A model generated the notes under the pieces. That model saw only the letters and a program-made list of their open reading frames with translations. It did not search any database and had not been told where the DNA came from. DNA of 64,000 nucleotides, taken from assembly GCA_965637545.1 (NCBI GenBank), contig OZ281496.1, positions 26,350,001 to 26,414,000 on the forward strand. Reading direction: 5' to 3'. The position numbers and the translations under genes were made by a program. Origin of the DNA: Phallusia mammillata (taxonomy: Eukaryota). Below are positions 37,501 to 52,500 of this stretch, one piece after another. Numbering within the stretch: the first letter of the stretch is position 1; each line of letters opens with the position of its first letter.

Positions 37501-40500
37501 ATTTTGCTGATAATTAAACCCACAGTATTGATGTGTCAACAGTAGCTGAGAATGAAGTTGTGTAGTTGAATTGTTTATCAAGTAAAAGGCATCAGCTTTG
37601 TATATTGTAAGCAGTTGACCTTAACACTACTGAAACTTGACCCATTCACGGTCACTAACTTTTTGTTTCATTTTGAAACAAGTGGAGGGAACTATTGTTA
37701 GAAGTGAACGACAAGTGCTGACACAAATGCACTGTTGTGTAAAACGGGGGGAAATGGTGTAACTATTCTTTGAAACGTAGGCGTTTTCTCAGGTGCAGTC
37801 ACAGGAAAATGTGTAATGACTTGAGGCATGTGAACAGTTCCGGACTACATGTTAGAGTCTCCACACCAGTCATTAAAGACTTAGATTTGGGTATTGCTAA
37901 GTGAAAAAAAACTTGTATCAGTTTAGGTTGAGCATTGTTTACTATGTGACTTTGTCCACTGAAAAAAATGCATTTAGGTCATTATGATTTTAGTAGCCTG
38001 GATAAAACCGGGCCTTTTTTGCATTTGCAACTCATAATAGGAAGTGACTAAGTTTTTTTGTGTAGTGGAGCAGTTTTTTTTTTATCTTTTTTGTTTCTGA
38101 AATGCAGAGCCAGTTTTGTTTCACACATTGGCTGTTAGAATTTGTCCTGTATCTGCTTTGCACCAGTTGAATTTTTTTACTGAAAACTGTTTTTCAAGAC
38201 TGAAATAATTTGCAATGGAGGTAGGTGTGATTTCATTGTCTGTGTTTGATTGGCATTGAAGGTCCAAGTTGTTGAAACAGAGTTTTATGCAGTAGCGTTG
38301 TACTTTACTTCAAGATAGGTCGGTCAACAAATAGAACCCACATGCCTCCTTATAGCTATTATGTGAAATAAAATGACACTCAATTACTGGCTGATATTCA
38401 TAAGACAAAACATTAGGTTTATCAAGTCAGCATAAGGCGCAACAGTTCATGTGCCGCACAAAGTAGTTATTGTGCATCTAAGTAAACAATAGAAAATGTC
38501 GGGACTATTGTTTTTTTTATCCTGTTGTTGGTTTTGGCATTTGTAAATCTAAACTAGGTGTCCTAAAGACGTACTACATATAAGGTAACACAACAATTTT
38601 TGTGCAGATTTATTTTCCTGACATGGAGAAGGCAGAATGGCTGAACAAAATGCTACAGCAGTTGTGGCCAAATATCGGTGACTATGTCAAGGACCTTCTC
38701 ACAAACCAGGTTGGAAAACAGTGCTAAACTTTATGCCCCAAATAAATCCTAAAGAAGAATATATATAGGTTGTTTACATGGCCTTGTTTTATACCTCTTT
38801 GTAGGAATGAAATTAAACCTGTTTACTAGTTTGCAGGAAAGTAAAGTGTATAAAATTTTATTATTCCAGATTTCATTTCAGTTACTTTATAGTTTCTTAT
38901 TTACTTCTTATTTTATCTTCAGATTTTTATTCATTCAAACTCCCTTGTATGGTAGATTTGACAATTGCGGATAATCGACCAATTTATTCATATCTTTTAT
39001 TACTTATTTGAATTTACAGGAATATGAGCTTTAATAAAAACCTTATTCTTGAGAATTATGTTTAAAAATTGCATTTAAATTTTATAGATTTCAATCTTTT
39101 TTTTTTGAAGGTCACTGGATATACATAAAAATATTTATCATGATGTAAAATCTGTAGGCCTATGCATAATACATGCGCTAATGCATATAGACACTTGGCT
39201 TGTTGCACTAAAATACTGTGAACATAATTTCAGGTCCAAAAATCTATTCAAAATTCATCATCTCTTCTTTCGAGCTTCACATTTACTGATGTTAACTTGG
39301 GCGACCGATCACCGCGTATTGCTGGCATCAAAGTCTATGACAAGGCTCTAACTCGCCCAAATGAGATTATAATGGACTTGCAGCTTGTGTAAGTGTACAT
39401 ATATATATATGTGTCTGGTAAACAAAGAAACTTGTGACATGCTTATTTTCTTATATGGCCAAGACATTGATATCAGTTACAACCCACACATGTATCATTT
39501 CAAAGCAGAGGTTTTTAAGCAAATTTGTTACAAGCCTGTTTTCTTATATGCCAAAATAGTATGTAGCACAAATGTCATGTCTGTAGCCCATTTGCAATAT
39601 GCTTTACCATACTTTAATGATAAAAATAATGGCCAGAATAAACAAAAAATGTGCCATGCTTTATTGTTCAAGCATTTTTATTTCAACCGTTATTTTCATT
39701 CAACTTATGAACAGATCCGTATATAGTGTCCCTTTAGCATACTGCTATTAATATAATGCACAAAACAACACAGTGTTTTTCATATGTGGTGTTGGTGGTT
39801 TCCTCAATAAAACTGAGCGATTTTGTTTCCCACAATTTGAAATAGGGAAATGCCATCGAATGTTGATAACATGAGCCTTGTGGTAAACATATCCTGGGAT
39901 GAATGCAGTGCAAATTAATGCTGCAATAACATGTTGGTGGTTGCAAAGGTTGTTTAGTATTACATGATAGGCCACATAGCAAAGCTTGTCTATGAAGCGT
40001 ATTTATATGCACATGTTTAATTGCTAGTTGAATGAACCTTGATTGTTCCCTTTCAAAAAAACTCTTTTTTAATTGAGCAATATGTTATTTGCCAAATATT
40101 AGTCTTGACCATATTCAATTCCATTGGAACCTGTTATGTCATAATTTTGCCAATATCAGCTATAGTATACTGGTCTATTGTAAAATTTAAAGTCAAATGA
40201 TAATGTTATTTGGCCTTTTGTTAAATTCTCTTTAGATATGACAGTGAGTGCAACTATGGTGTATCCATTAATGGACTGGAAGCTGGAATTTGCGACCTTC
40301 AAATTCGAGGCCTGCTGCGCGTCGAGCTTTACCCATTAATACCGCGCCTTCCCATCGTTGGGGCAGTATCAGTCTCATTTATTCGCGACCCAGTAAGTAA
40401 AATGTCAGGATTTCCTCTTTTAAGTGATTTTATTTCGGGTTGTGTGCTTACCTATTGTCCTATGTTTGTATATATGTTAGTGCAAAATACTTTAGTTTAA

Positions 40501-43500
40501 AAGTGTAAAAGTTCTTTAGTTTCTGTTAAAATGTGTTGCAAGCAGTGTGGCCTGGAAATTTCTAGTAAAAACCACTTAATCTGCCAATGTATTTTAGTTT
40601 TTTCACAAAAACAAATGCATCCCCTTTTTTGGCATCATCAGTGTCTCAAAACAAAGATATATAAGATTCGGACATAAAATTGTCGCAGTCTTTGCTCTTC
40701 CTGAAAGCAGATTTCATTAAAAAAAAGATTTGCATTGTAGACTGGTTTGAAAGCATTAAAGAGAAATTTCAAAATTTGAAACAAAATTGCTGCACTTTAA
40801 CTGAAACATGATTCACATCTTTTCAAAATGCCTCCAGTCATTTTCGGATCAGCTTATCTTCAGACTGTTCAATTTTTCACAATGTGTATTGAGATGTGCC
40901 AATGTCTTTCTGCATTGTATTCCAGCAAATCGATTTCAACCTTACCCACCTGGCCAATTTGTTTGACTTACCTGGTATTGATGGATTACTGCGAGGTGCT
41001 GTGGTTGATTGTATTGGTGGTTTAATGGTAATGCCTGAGAGGTACATCGTTAAACTGAACCCCGATCTGGACATAAGCCTTCTTAAGTATCCACTGCCAA
41101 AGGTGAGAATACAATTGTTAGACTGTAAATTTTCATGCCCTGAAAATTTTGTGATAAATCTTTATGCTTTTGTATTATTTTTTATGTGAATTTGTTGACA
41201 GTTCATCACCCTTATGTAAAAGGTCAATAGGATACTTTTATCATATTTTTTAATGAACTGTAAATTACCTATGTCCTTTAGTACATTGCTACTAATCATA
41301 TCATTAAGACATTAATCATGTCCCTCTGTGATTGTTTCCACTTTTAGTCTCCAATTTGCCCTTTTTCTGTGTGAAACATGTATGCCTTTTCTGCTCTTAT
41401 TTACATATTTTGGTAAATCATTATGTGTATATTGGAACTAAATGAGTGATAGGACGAACCTAATAGGAAGTAATATTATTCCCCAACTACCCAATAAGTG
41501 GCAAAGATGGGAAGTTGAGCTTTAACGATGTTTTGGATAATTTGCATTTGGTGTAAAGTCTGGAACACAATAACACTGTGTTTTCATGACTCTTATGGCT
41601 GTAAATTTTCTGTTTTTCAGTATCTATGAGTAAATTTGATTAGAATTGAGCCATTTTTATATTAAATAAAAGTATTGATTGAAATATTTACACTATTATA
41701 GGTTTTAGATGGCCATGCATATTCTTAACCATATGTATGTTCTTTTATGTTTTGTGTGGTTATGTTGACCCAACATAATCTCTTTTTTTCTAATTTTATG
41801 TAAAAATGGATATGATTATTTATGGGGTTGTCAGTGTTACAGGTTTTGCCAAACAGAATTGTTTAATTGTTTGGTAAAAATTAAAACTTTTTTGTGATAG
41901 TTTTTTTTTGCCATATCATCATCAGTAGTTGTGCTATAATTAACTCTTGATTAACTTAAAAGTTTTTAAAAATAAAAATATAATTTCCAATTTAAGTACT
42001 TAATTTTCCATAGTGGTCAGTATATTTCACTTATAGGTATATTAAGAGTGTTAGTCAAACCCATCATTCATGTTAACCGCAAACAAAGGAAATGTCAGTA
42101 TTGGTCGGAATTAATTTTACGTATGACATACCATCATGCTTTTTCCTGCATTATTATTTGGATTTTTTTATACAACGGCATGTTTTGCTTGGTGCCGTAT
42201 TTCCTGACTTATCAGTTCAGTGCAAATACAATGTGATGTTTTATCTCAGGAAACTATAGATCGCATGGAAACCATTTTAAACAATGGCAGAAAAAGCATG
42301 TCCAGTTTTTGATTTGGTAAAATTATTGGTTCCTGGAAGTTTGTACAATCATTTTGTTCTTTTGAATGCCCTCTGCTGAAATCTGTCGGTTTACTTTAAA
42401 TGAAAAAAAATCACACTTTTTGAATCAGTTTGCTGTTTAAAAAACACTTCAAACATAACATTCATCTAACTTTTATTACAAGAGGGTGCAATTGTCATAT
42501 TTTATCCACATTGTACTGTGCTCATCATTATGTTACATTATATTTGTCAATGTATCAATATACACCTTTATATTGTGTGTATCGAATTTCTTGCTGAAAC
42601 ACAATTGATGGCACTTTCCACAAGAAATCATACTAGTTTAGTAAGTTTGTGACGAAAAAAATCAGCTGTGGCAAAACAAAGCAGTTTTTTTGGTTTGTAC
42701 AAAATATGGTTGTTAACCAATGCTTGTCTACAAAACATTCATTAATACGGTATAAGTTTTATTCCTTTTTGAATTAATGTTTTTCTTATGTAGGGAGTGG
42801 TGCGAATTCATGTAATTGAGGCCAAAAACCTGGAAGAAAAGGACAAAAAAGTTTTGGGATTTGGCGGTGGCAGTGATCCATTTGTAACAATAAAAGGTAA
42901 ATATGCTTGGTAGGTAAGTTAGCAGGTGCGCAGTATGCTTTACTGATGCCTACACACCTATGTTGTAAGACCAGCATTTACCATTGTGCCTAGATTTTTT
43001 TATCATTTGTTGCCAGTATTTTATCATTATGTTTGTTGTATCTCATTCATTCTGATATGCTTGTCACAACAGCATCACCTGGGCAAAAAGATCCATGCCA
43101 GTATTTACATGTAAAACATAACAACGTTTCGACAGTTTCTTTTTGTCATTTTCAGCTAAAATTAAACCATCTTTTTGCTCAAAATATTTAAAACAGTGTG
43201 TAAACATCACCTGGGTTTTAGAACAACAAATTTTGGTGGTAATCTCTTGCTTGGTGAACAATAACAATATTTAGTTACCTATAGTGATAAATTTATCAAC
43301 AAAGTCATTGTTTACAGTTTACCATACAAATTCACTTAATCCAACATCATCAAAACCTGGTTAGTTACATTGTTCACTCACTGAATGATCTTATTCAGCA
43401 TGGGATACTCATTGACCATTACTTTTTACTAACATTTTGGTTGTTTTGTGACGCTTATAACCTACAATAAACGTTTGCTGTTTACCAGGGTGTATTATTA

Positions 43501-46500
43501 ACCCTATATAAAAATGTAGGTAGTTTTGGATTTTTTAAAATTAACATTTGTAAACTAGTGGTAAGATCCACCCTAAAATCATTACAGTGACAATAACAGG
43601 AGAATTTGTGACTAACAATGATATTATCTCACTTTCCTTGCATATATGTTTAAAAAACTATATTATGTTTCAACTCAAGACTATTATTTAACAAAGTCAT
43701 AGTAGTGGAATGTACATCAATGTAGAACATTGACTCTTGTACATTTTGAATGTTGCATTGGAAACAGTCAATACATTAAGAATTTGATTTTTCAACAACT
43801 TTTTGACTAAGTTTCTTAACTAATATTTTGGACAGGTTTACTGCTTAAAGGTGAGAGGGACAAAAATGTTTGCATGGTTATTGGGTCATCAGTGGTATAA
43901 TTTGTAAAACTTGTATTAGTCACATAATCACAGTCCAACAGTGAATTAATTATAGCAACACTGGACAATTTGACATGTTCTTCACATTCCCCTTTGTTTG
44001 GGAACATGTAATTTGTAAATACTCCTTGTAGGTGACATTGTGTTGTGACTGTAAGGTTTTGTAATTTCATGATATGTTACAGTTTGTTTGTGGCTTTCAT
44101 AAGCTAGATCTAGTGCTATGAAAGCGTTGTAATGTCGGAGACAAACTGTTGTGTGTGTAATTCTTAGTCACAAGTACAGCTCTGTGTTTAAGTGGGTACA
44201 AGTGACATCTGTCCCGATTGGGAAAATGTCATTTACGAAATATTGGCTTGTTGTCAAGGACCACCTCCATATGGGAGGCAGGCTATATTGGATCCCATTG
44301 AATTCAAGCCACAACTAATGAGATCATCTGTGCAGCTGCTTGTTAACTCAATCAATGTTTTTTTTCTAAGCCTTGTATATTGTGAAAGTATCTGCTTCAG
44401 ATGTAGGATAAGCTTTGCAAACCTTTATTCCATTTTCATCACATATAGTTAAATTAAAAACTCACTAAAAATGTATGAAGTTCATTTACATCCATTATAA
44501 CAAAATTAAGGTTTTATTGTTTGGTGAAATAAATAAACTGTCTGTATATGAATAACATAAAGTAACAACTTTAAAGAGCTCTTCTGGCAATTGTATTTTT
44601 GCACCGACATTTCGACGTCCTATACAGGTCGCCTTCATCAGGATAAATAATACTGAAGGGAAAAGAATTAAACACAATCATGTCACAATGCATCAAAAAA
44701 CAATGTGCGATCATTATTGTATAGGCTTCTGAAAAATGGTGCCAAAATACCAAAAGAGCTCTAGAAAGTTAATATTATGCCTGGCAGCAACAGCTTATAA
44801 AATAAAGTGACATTTGATATGAAATGGACTTACACATCATTTAAAGTAAAGCCTGGGATTGTGGTCTATGTAATTTGAATATTAGTCACTAACAAATGTG
44901 CTGTGTGGGTGGAACCTAGTTAATAGCATGGCATTCGTGTCTTAAATGTCACTAACTAAGTGTGATTAACAGCAGTACATGCATGGGTGTGAATATTCAC
45001 ATGTTGCACTAACATGATTTATATTGTAACCTAGAATATAAAAGACATTTGAATTTACTATGCTAATGTGCTGCAACACATAAAACAGGAAATTATATAT
45101 TTAGAATTTTTCTATGTTTAAAGGTAATAACACACAGTTGGCCATAGAATGCTAAACGATGTTATTCACATTTTCTTTGTTAATGTATTTGTGTCAAAAG
45201 AGTTCATATTTTTTGGTCAAAAATCTTCCTGGCAAGCCACCATTTAAGTAACGTATGTGTTTGTTAAAGTGGGTCATCACCAGAAGTTTAAAACTGCCAC
45301 CATCGAGCATAACATTAACCCACATTGGAATGAAACATTTGATGTTATGGTTGCCGACATTCCTCTTACTACTGCCGAATTTCTTCTCTTTGATGATGAT
45401 GGGCCACTTAACAAGGCAGATGATCTTGGAAGGTAAAATCATACAGTAAACAATGGTTAATCTGAACCTGTTTGTACCAACAAATTTGTCTCCATTATGC
45501 AAAAAGCCGAATTAATTGATGTTGATTAGTTCAAGCCTTTACACACCATTTGTACCTTAAGATTGGTACACATTCGGTGAAGATTCGGATTAATTAAAAT
45601 CCAGTTTAACTGAGGTTTTGTGTAGTTTCAAAAACATTTAAGGCAATGCTTGTATGTAAATCATTGTTAATTGATTGAAAAAAATGTTGTCAGTTGTTAC
45701 CATAAGATAAGTTTAATAAAGAAGTTTTCCTGTTAGGATAAGTTAAAACCATGAATGTTGTACATTGTAAATCGAGTAATTGTGACTTTAAATATTTGAA
45801 AGTCCTTTAAGCCATGCAAGTATAAAGCTTCACACTTTTTACAGTTCTTTGCTTGCAACTTTTTTTGTAACTTATACTAATGTCAACTTAATAGAGGTCT
45901 TCTGGCAATTGTGTTTTTGCATCAGTGTTTTGATGTCCTATACAGGTCGCTTTCTGTTATGGTAAATAACACTGAATGCACCTAGTACAGTACACAATAA
46001 ACAAAAAAACAAAAATTCAATGCAAGCATGTCACAACGCAACGAAAACATTGTGTGATACCGATTGATGTAGGCCTCTAATCTTTGAGCAGGTGCCATGT
46101 GATATAATCATGCGATAACACTGATTGAAGTTTGCAAATTAAAAAGGACATTGTATGCATTAATGCGAACTTATTTTTAGTGCTTCCATTCCAATCAAGT
46201 CAGTCTATGACCAAGGTGTGGTTGATGAGGTAAGTACAACTGTCATAGCTTTTTGAAACTCAATCTAGCCTGTGTTGAAACTTATTATTATTCCACAGTG
46301 GTTCAACTTGAGTGATGCAAGCACAGGAGCAATACATGTAAAACTAGAGTGGATGGATCTATCCAGTGACATCAATGACCTTGACAAGGTAACGATGAAC
46401 TTGACATTGTATGAATACAACTTCCTTGCATGTATGAACATCCATTGACAGCACAGCTGAAATTAATATATATTGACAGCAGGTTCTATGTATTCGATAT

Positions 46501-49500
46501 TTTTTTGCTGTGAATAGCTTTCCCGTTTCCTTTCCATAGCTTATCAGTGCTACAGCTAAGGTTAGCGTTAAATCATTGCATAACACACTGGTCGATAATT
46601 CTTTCTCTACGTAAGATTGGCATGGACAAGCCAAAAAAAAATTAAATCCTTAGGCACTGACTTCAAACGTTAAAAATGATGCCAAAATTTAAAGGTAGTA
46701 AATACATTAGATTTTCTTTCTGCCATTGATAACAATTGCTGTTATATAAATGTATACAATAAAATGTATTAGGTATTGACTTGGATCAAATAAATTTTGC
46801 CTTTGATTCATTTTGCACATATTTCTTTTAACAGATACAACCCAAAAGTATGGCTTTGCTGAACATATTTGCTAACAGTGCCCAGCTCCTTGCTGTAAGT
46901 ACATTTAAAATACTGATGTTTGCTTTTTGAGTTTGAAGTGTTTGCTATTGTATTATGTCAGTTTATTATTCACACATTACCGATATATTTATCCTATTCC
47001 TTATTTGCTATCTTACAAATCTTAAAAAAATAGGTTATACATGATTAGTTGATCAAATGCTTGTCATTTGCTCAAAAATATGTTTTAACAAATACTGTAC
47101 TGCAATGTAGGAGGGAAATGAAGAAAGCTTTGATCCAAGCCCAGTTCTGAAGATTTCTGTTCCAAACAAAGAACCAATGAAAACTCAGGTATGTGGCTTT
47201 TTTGATAGAGGTATAGATCTTACATAGGTAAACAAACATGCAAGCATTAGCAAATACAAGCCAATGTTTTGACATCCCATACATGATACCTTCATCAGGG
47301 TAATAACATAAATTGAAACACAAAGATGTTAAAAATGTTGGCTTGTGATAATAGAAAATACAGAACAAGCGTTTCGTCAACCAGGTTGCATATTTAACAA
47401 ATTTGTCAATCAACTGGAGCATTACACTTGAACGACAAATTTGTTTAAAACATTGGCTTGTTATATTAAAAACTGCTGGAACAGCCACCTATTGCAGTTT
47501 TTTTTTACCAAGTTAATAAGGGTTGTAGATTGAACCACTAATTAGTAGTGAGTAAGTTCTGGGCATAGGCTTTTGTTATTGCTCAATGCTAATGCACCTA
47601 AGTTACAGATGCTATATTTCACACATGATAATAAATACTGTATATTGTTTCGACAAATCTGTGGTACATCACTGTACCTGAAACCACCAGGCAGCAAATA
47701 TTATCACAAAACGATTGGTGCTTGGAAAAACAAAACATATGCAGTTTTGACAGACCCCAACTAGATTATGATATTATTTAGGCTGCACCTGAGACTAGCC
47801 TTCCAGTTTGGGAGGAAAATTTCTGCCTTCTTGTCGAAGATCCAAAAAAACAAGTTGTTACTTTTGAGGTAAGTGAATGTATGTTCATGTTCAATTCAAT
47901 TATCTGTCTATCATGCATGTATTGTATTCTGTAAACTAATATATGCATAATTGGTGGCTGGCCATTGACATTTTGTAGTGGTGTTTTACATGGTAATGTT
48001 ATCACTTTTCAACTTATGGTTGTATACATCTTCATTTTAGTATGTTACATGGTAATTTGGGTGGCTTCTACATTTATACTGAGCTGTAATTTGCAAACAT
48101 AGAGTTTTCACTCATTGGCCAATAAGTTATGTATTAAAATCACAGTGTTACATTTTTTGTGTTGAATTCAAAATGTAAAGTAATTATGCTACATATAAAC
48201 ACTTTGTCAGTAAACCATGTTATTAGTGAAAATGTGCCTATCTAAAGTGAAACATTTGAAAAAACATGGTTATCCTGCAAAACAAACTAGTTTCTAATGT
48301 CCACCTATATAAACAAACACCTTCGCAAACTGACTTTTTCATAATATCTTATTGGTACTTTTCAAAACAGTTCCCAGGCACCTATTTACTTCATTTATTT
48401 GTAGCCAAAAACTGCAGCAGATTTATTATAAAACAGAGCCATGTGTATAATTTGCACTATTACATTAATCAAGGTTTTATTTGCATGTCCAAATTGCTGT
48501 TTAAACAATTCCCAAACAGTTGCTTACATTATGTTTCATATGTTATTCCAATCTCAAACAGCTTTTATTTTAAAGCTCACAATATTCCTAATTTGTATAA
48601 ATCAACTCAAATCAAGATAATTAAACAGTTTTATAGTGGTGATATTTTGCATGGATAAAATTTACATGTAGCTCAAGGACAAGCGGCGCATCAACAATAT
48701 GGTGAAGGCCTCGGTTAGAGTTTTCAACAAAAAGCAAACCAAGGTTTCGTTTGTGTGACATATGTGGCTATGCTGTTGTGTAGTGGCAATAAGTCAGGCC
48801 GAAAAAAATGATTTTTGGAGTGTGAAAAATCCATCAATTCTGACTTTGTTGCAGTGAATAGACATTGATGCTGTGAAACTGAAAATGTCTTTTATTGTTT
48901 GTTTTTAGCTTCTGAAACTTGTTTATTGTTGTACAGACGCATCCTGTTAATCACATACCCGACTTGCTGATGTCTTTTATGCTAGTAACTGGATTATAAG
49001 ATTAAGGGAACGATTTTCTTGACAAGTGATAAGCTACAGTTGCACCATTGATATGCAATTATCAGGATTATGTGATTAACTGGATTTGTCTGTACTGACA
49101 TATACACCTATACTAGTCATGTACACAATGCATTGGCAAATACAATGTAAACTAAGCAGCTGAAATGTGCTGCACTCAAATCTTCTTGCATGTATTATGT
49201 GCTCTTAGTTGCAGTAGATACAAACATGGGCATTTAAACACAGACTGCATGAATGTTGACAGTCGACTGGACATAATATCCTGCAAAGGGATTTTAACAT
49301 GTTTTTTTTTTTGTTAAATTTGTGCATCAAGTTTATTACTATACATTGAACACAGTGTAGACCTGCATTGGTTTGACCTTCTATTTTGTTCAAGTTTTAC
49401 AAACCAATTGAGATTTTAGAGTAGCATTTGCATTTTTGCTGCTTTACTTGTAATGTATGTTGCAATTATAACTTAGTTTTAACTTTTGTATAACACTGAT

Positions 49501-52500
49501 TAGGTTATACCAAAATACATATTGTAGCAAACGAAATCAAACTGTTTGAATTGCTATGTCATGAAACATTTGGTGAATGACATCGGTATGTACCATCTAT
49601 TTGTTTTGACAGGGTAAAGCATAATGTAGTGTATAATACATTATAGCATTGTACTCTATTACAATTTAAACATGAAACAAAACAATAGATTTCTTGCTCT
49701 TCTGATTTGCTGATTTACTTTGTAGGTTGAAAATTCATCTGCAAAGGGTACACTTGGCAGATATGAGCTGCCATTACAAAAGGTCCTGAATGCCGAGGAT
49801 ATGACATTGGATGAACCAATTCGTTTGCAAGGAGCTGGCACTAAGTCTGTGCTAAGTTGCAAGATTACCTTAAGGGTACTTTTGTTTTTTAGTCATAGTC
49901 ACTGACCCCACTTAATTTTGCCCATTTTTAAATCATAAAAGGGACAAGTTTTGGGCACCCCTGCTGTAAATATAAAATAAAGTGATGTGTCACATGTCAT
50001 TTAGCTCAAATTTTGATAAACCATTGGTTGGTTTTATTGTTTTGCCATTTACATTGGGTATGCTTTCAGAAGCAGCATTTTTCTGTAACATCCCACTTGA
50101 CATGTGTTTGTATAATATCCGGACATAATATCTGTTTATAACGTTTGTGTTTTGTGCAGTTGCTTTGTCCAAAAGAATACACACCTTCTGAAAGTGGGGC
50201 ACAAAAAATAACTGTTCACTCCAAACCGAAATCATCTGCTGCAGGTAAATAGCAGTCTTACTATACTTAGTTTACATCAGTTGTCTTCAACTTTTTTCTT
50301 AGCAATTCATTACTTTTATACCCTTTCATAGAAGTCCACGAAGCCTATTATTTTGGAAAGATATTTTTTTCTTTTTTAATTGCCACTAGATATTATGTAA
50401 AAATTGGCATATCAACCAACCATACTGGTTTAAACTGTATATTGTTCAAATTGCAATAATTTTCAGTATCGTTTCATACAATGTGAAAATGTATACATTT
50501 TGATAACATGCAACAGTACTGAATTGCGTTTCAGCAAATGTCCTAAATGATAGTTATGTTTCATGTTTTGAAGTTGAATAACTTTTTTAAGTCATAGTGT
50601 TTTACAGTGAAAATTATTCTAAACCTTTCAGCTGTTAAACAATTATCTGTGCTCTAGGCACAGATCAAAGTGGGCAAATGTACCATGCAACTTCAACACT
50701 TTTAAATTTAATACAACCTCTTAAGGATGAAAGGGTCTTATTGAAATCATTTGACTTTGCAGCAATATTTAAAGCATGTTGTAGTAGTTCACAGTACACC
50801 AGGCCTATTAAAGGCATTAAACCGAATCAGGTGGTCTCCCAAGCATTCACATATGACAAGGCATAGGCTAGAAAAATCTAGCCTGCCGTGGGATTCGAAC
50901 CCACGACAGGAGTCTTTCCGGGACTAGCCTATGCCTTGCCATATGTGAATGCTTGGGAGACCAGCTGATTCGGTTTAATGCCTTTAATAGGCCTGGCGTA
51001 CTGTGAATTATCGATAAGTATGCCATGATCGCACGTCTAATTTGGCGCTTCAGGGCTGATCCCAGTATGAAAATATTTATCTTAGCATGTTGTAGTAGTG
51101 TGTTACTTTTTTTATAGATTCCACTGACTCTGGAAATACCTCAAAAGAGAAATTATCAGTTAGAGGAAGCGACAGTGGAAGTGAGACAAGTGGAGGAATT
51201 GAGTTTGGTGTGGATTTTAGTTTGTTTTCATTTTTGCATGTAGACCTGTCTATGGCTGTTGGCATTTATTTGACCTGTAGGTATACACCAACCGGTCTCA
51301 TATAATCACCACAACAAATGATTATGATGATTTTTGTTTCTGTTTTTCCCAGAATATAATAGACCTGTTAAATTATCAAATTTCCTCATTAAAATCAGAT
51401 TTAAATGTAGAAACAGTTTCTGTACTCAAGCTTGATGTGTTTCAGCAACCATGTCCTGACCCTGTTTAAAACCAAATGGTTATTTACAAGATCTAACAAA
51501 AATTTATTACAAGATGTGTGCATAAATATATGGATGGTTATAAATTTGAAAAGTCTAATAAGTGCAATAATTTTGTAACTGCATCATAGTCAATAGTTAG
51601 TGACCAAACAATTAAATTTTTGTCTTGTTATTTAGTTGATAAGAATCTACAGTTGTTCTATGGTAAGGGTTGTGGCTCTGTGGAAATGATAATTTGCATG
51701 AAAAACAAAACACGTTTAGGCAAAATCAATTTTTGCACACCAACAAATGGGACACGGCTGAAAATTTCTTATGCATTATCAGCGAATTTGTAGTACACTT
51801 GTCAAGTGTTGTCTTGATGGAATATTGTAGTTGTTAAGCATGGTGTTTGTGTGCTATGCAATTTGTTTCTGTATGTCTATAGATTTCACTCATTTTGTTG
51901 TTAATTTATAGGTGTTGGAAGGGCAAAAATGGGCGTGGCATGCAACTTGTTTCAAGGAATTTTTTCCCCTAGCCTGTACAGATCTTTTTGTGCATGTATA
52001 TTGTCTATGCAATTTGTAGCACCCTTATTAAGTGATTTTTGTTATGGCCTAACAATAGTTTTTTGTGGCAGCTTATTTAAAAAAATGGCTATTTCAGTAG
52101 ACTCTGTATCTTTTCTAAACTCTTGTCCTTAAATTTCTTTTGCTCTGTAAATAATAGCATGAAGCAAGTATTTGTTGACATTTTTCAGAAACTGGTACCT
52201 CACCCTCCCATACTTCCATTGGCTTAAATCGCACCCCAAGTATTTCATCTGAAATTTCAAACCCTGGAGCCCTCAACGATCTGCGCAAAAGATTAAATGC
52301 CAAGTAAACACAGTTGAAACATAAACTGTTGTGTCACAGCTAAAAATATATTAGCATCCACAATTACTGTTGATGTACTTCAAGTACAATGTTATGCTTC
52401 TACATTTAATTTCTTTAAATCTATAAAGCAGCAACCTGAACAGTTTTCATTCATTGCATGGTGAACAAATTATGTAAAACATATTGCACCATACGTTATT

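Noticed and set aside
50887-50905. tRNA gene
   Set aside because: Only the T-arm/B box is present; no A box, anticodon arm or acceptor stem.
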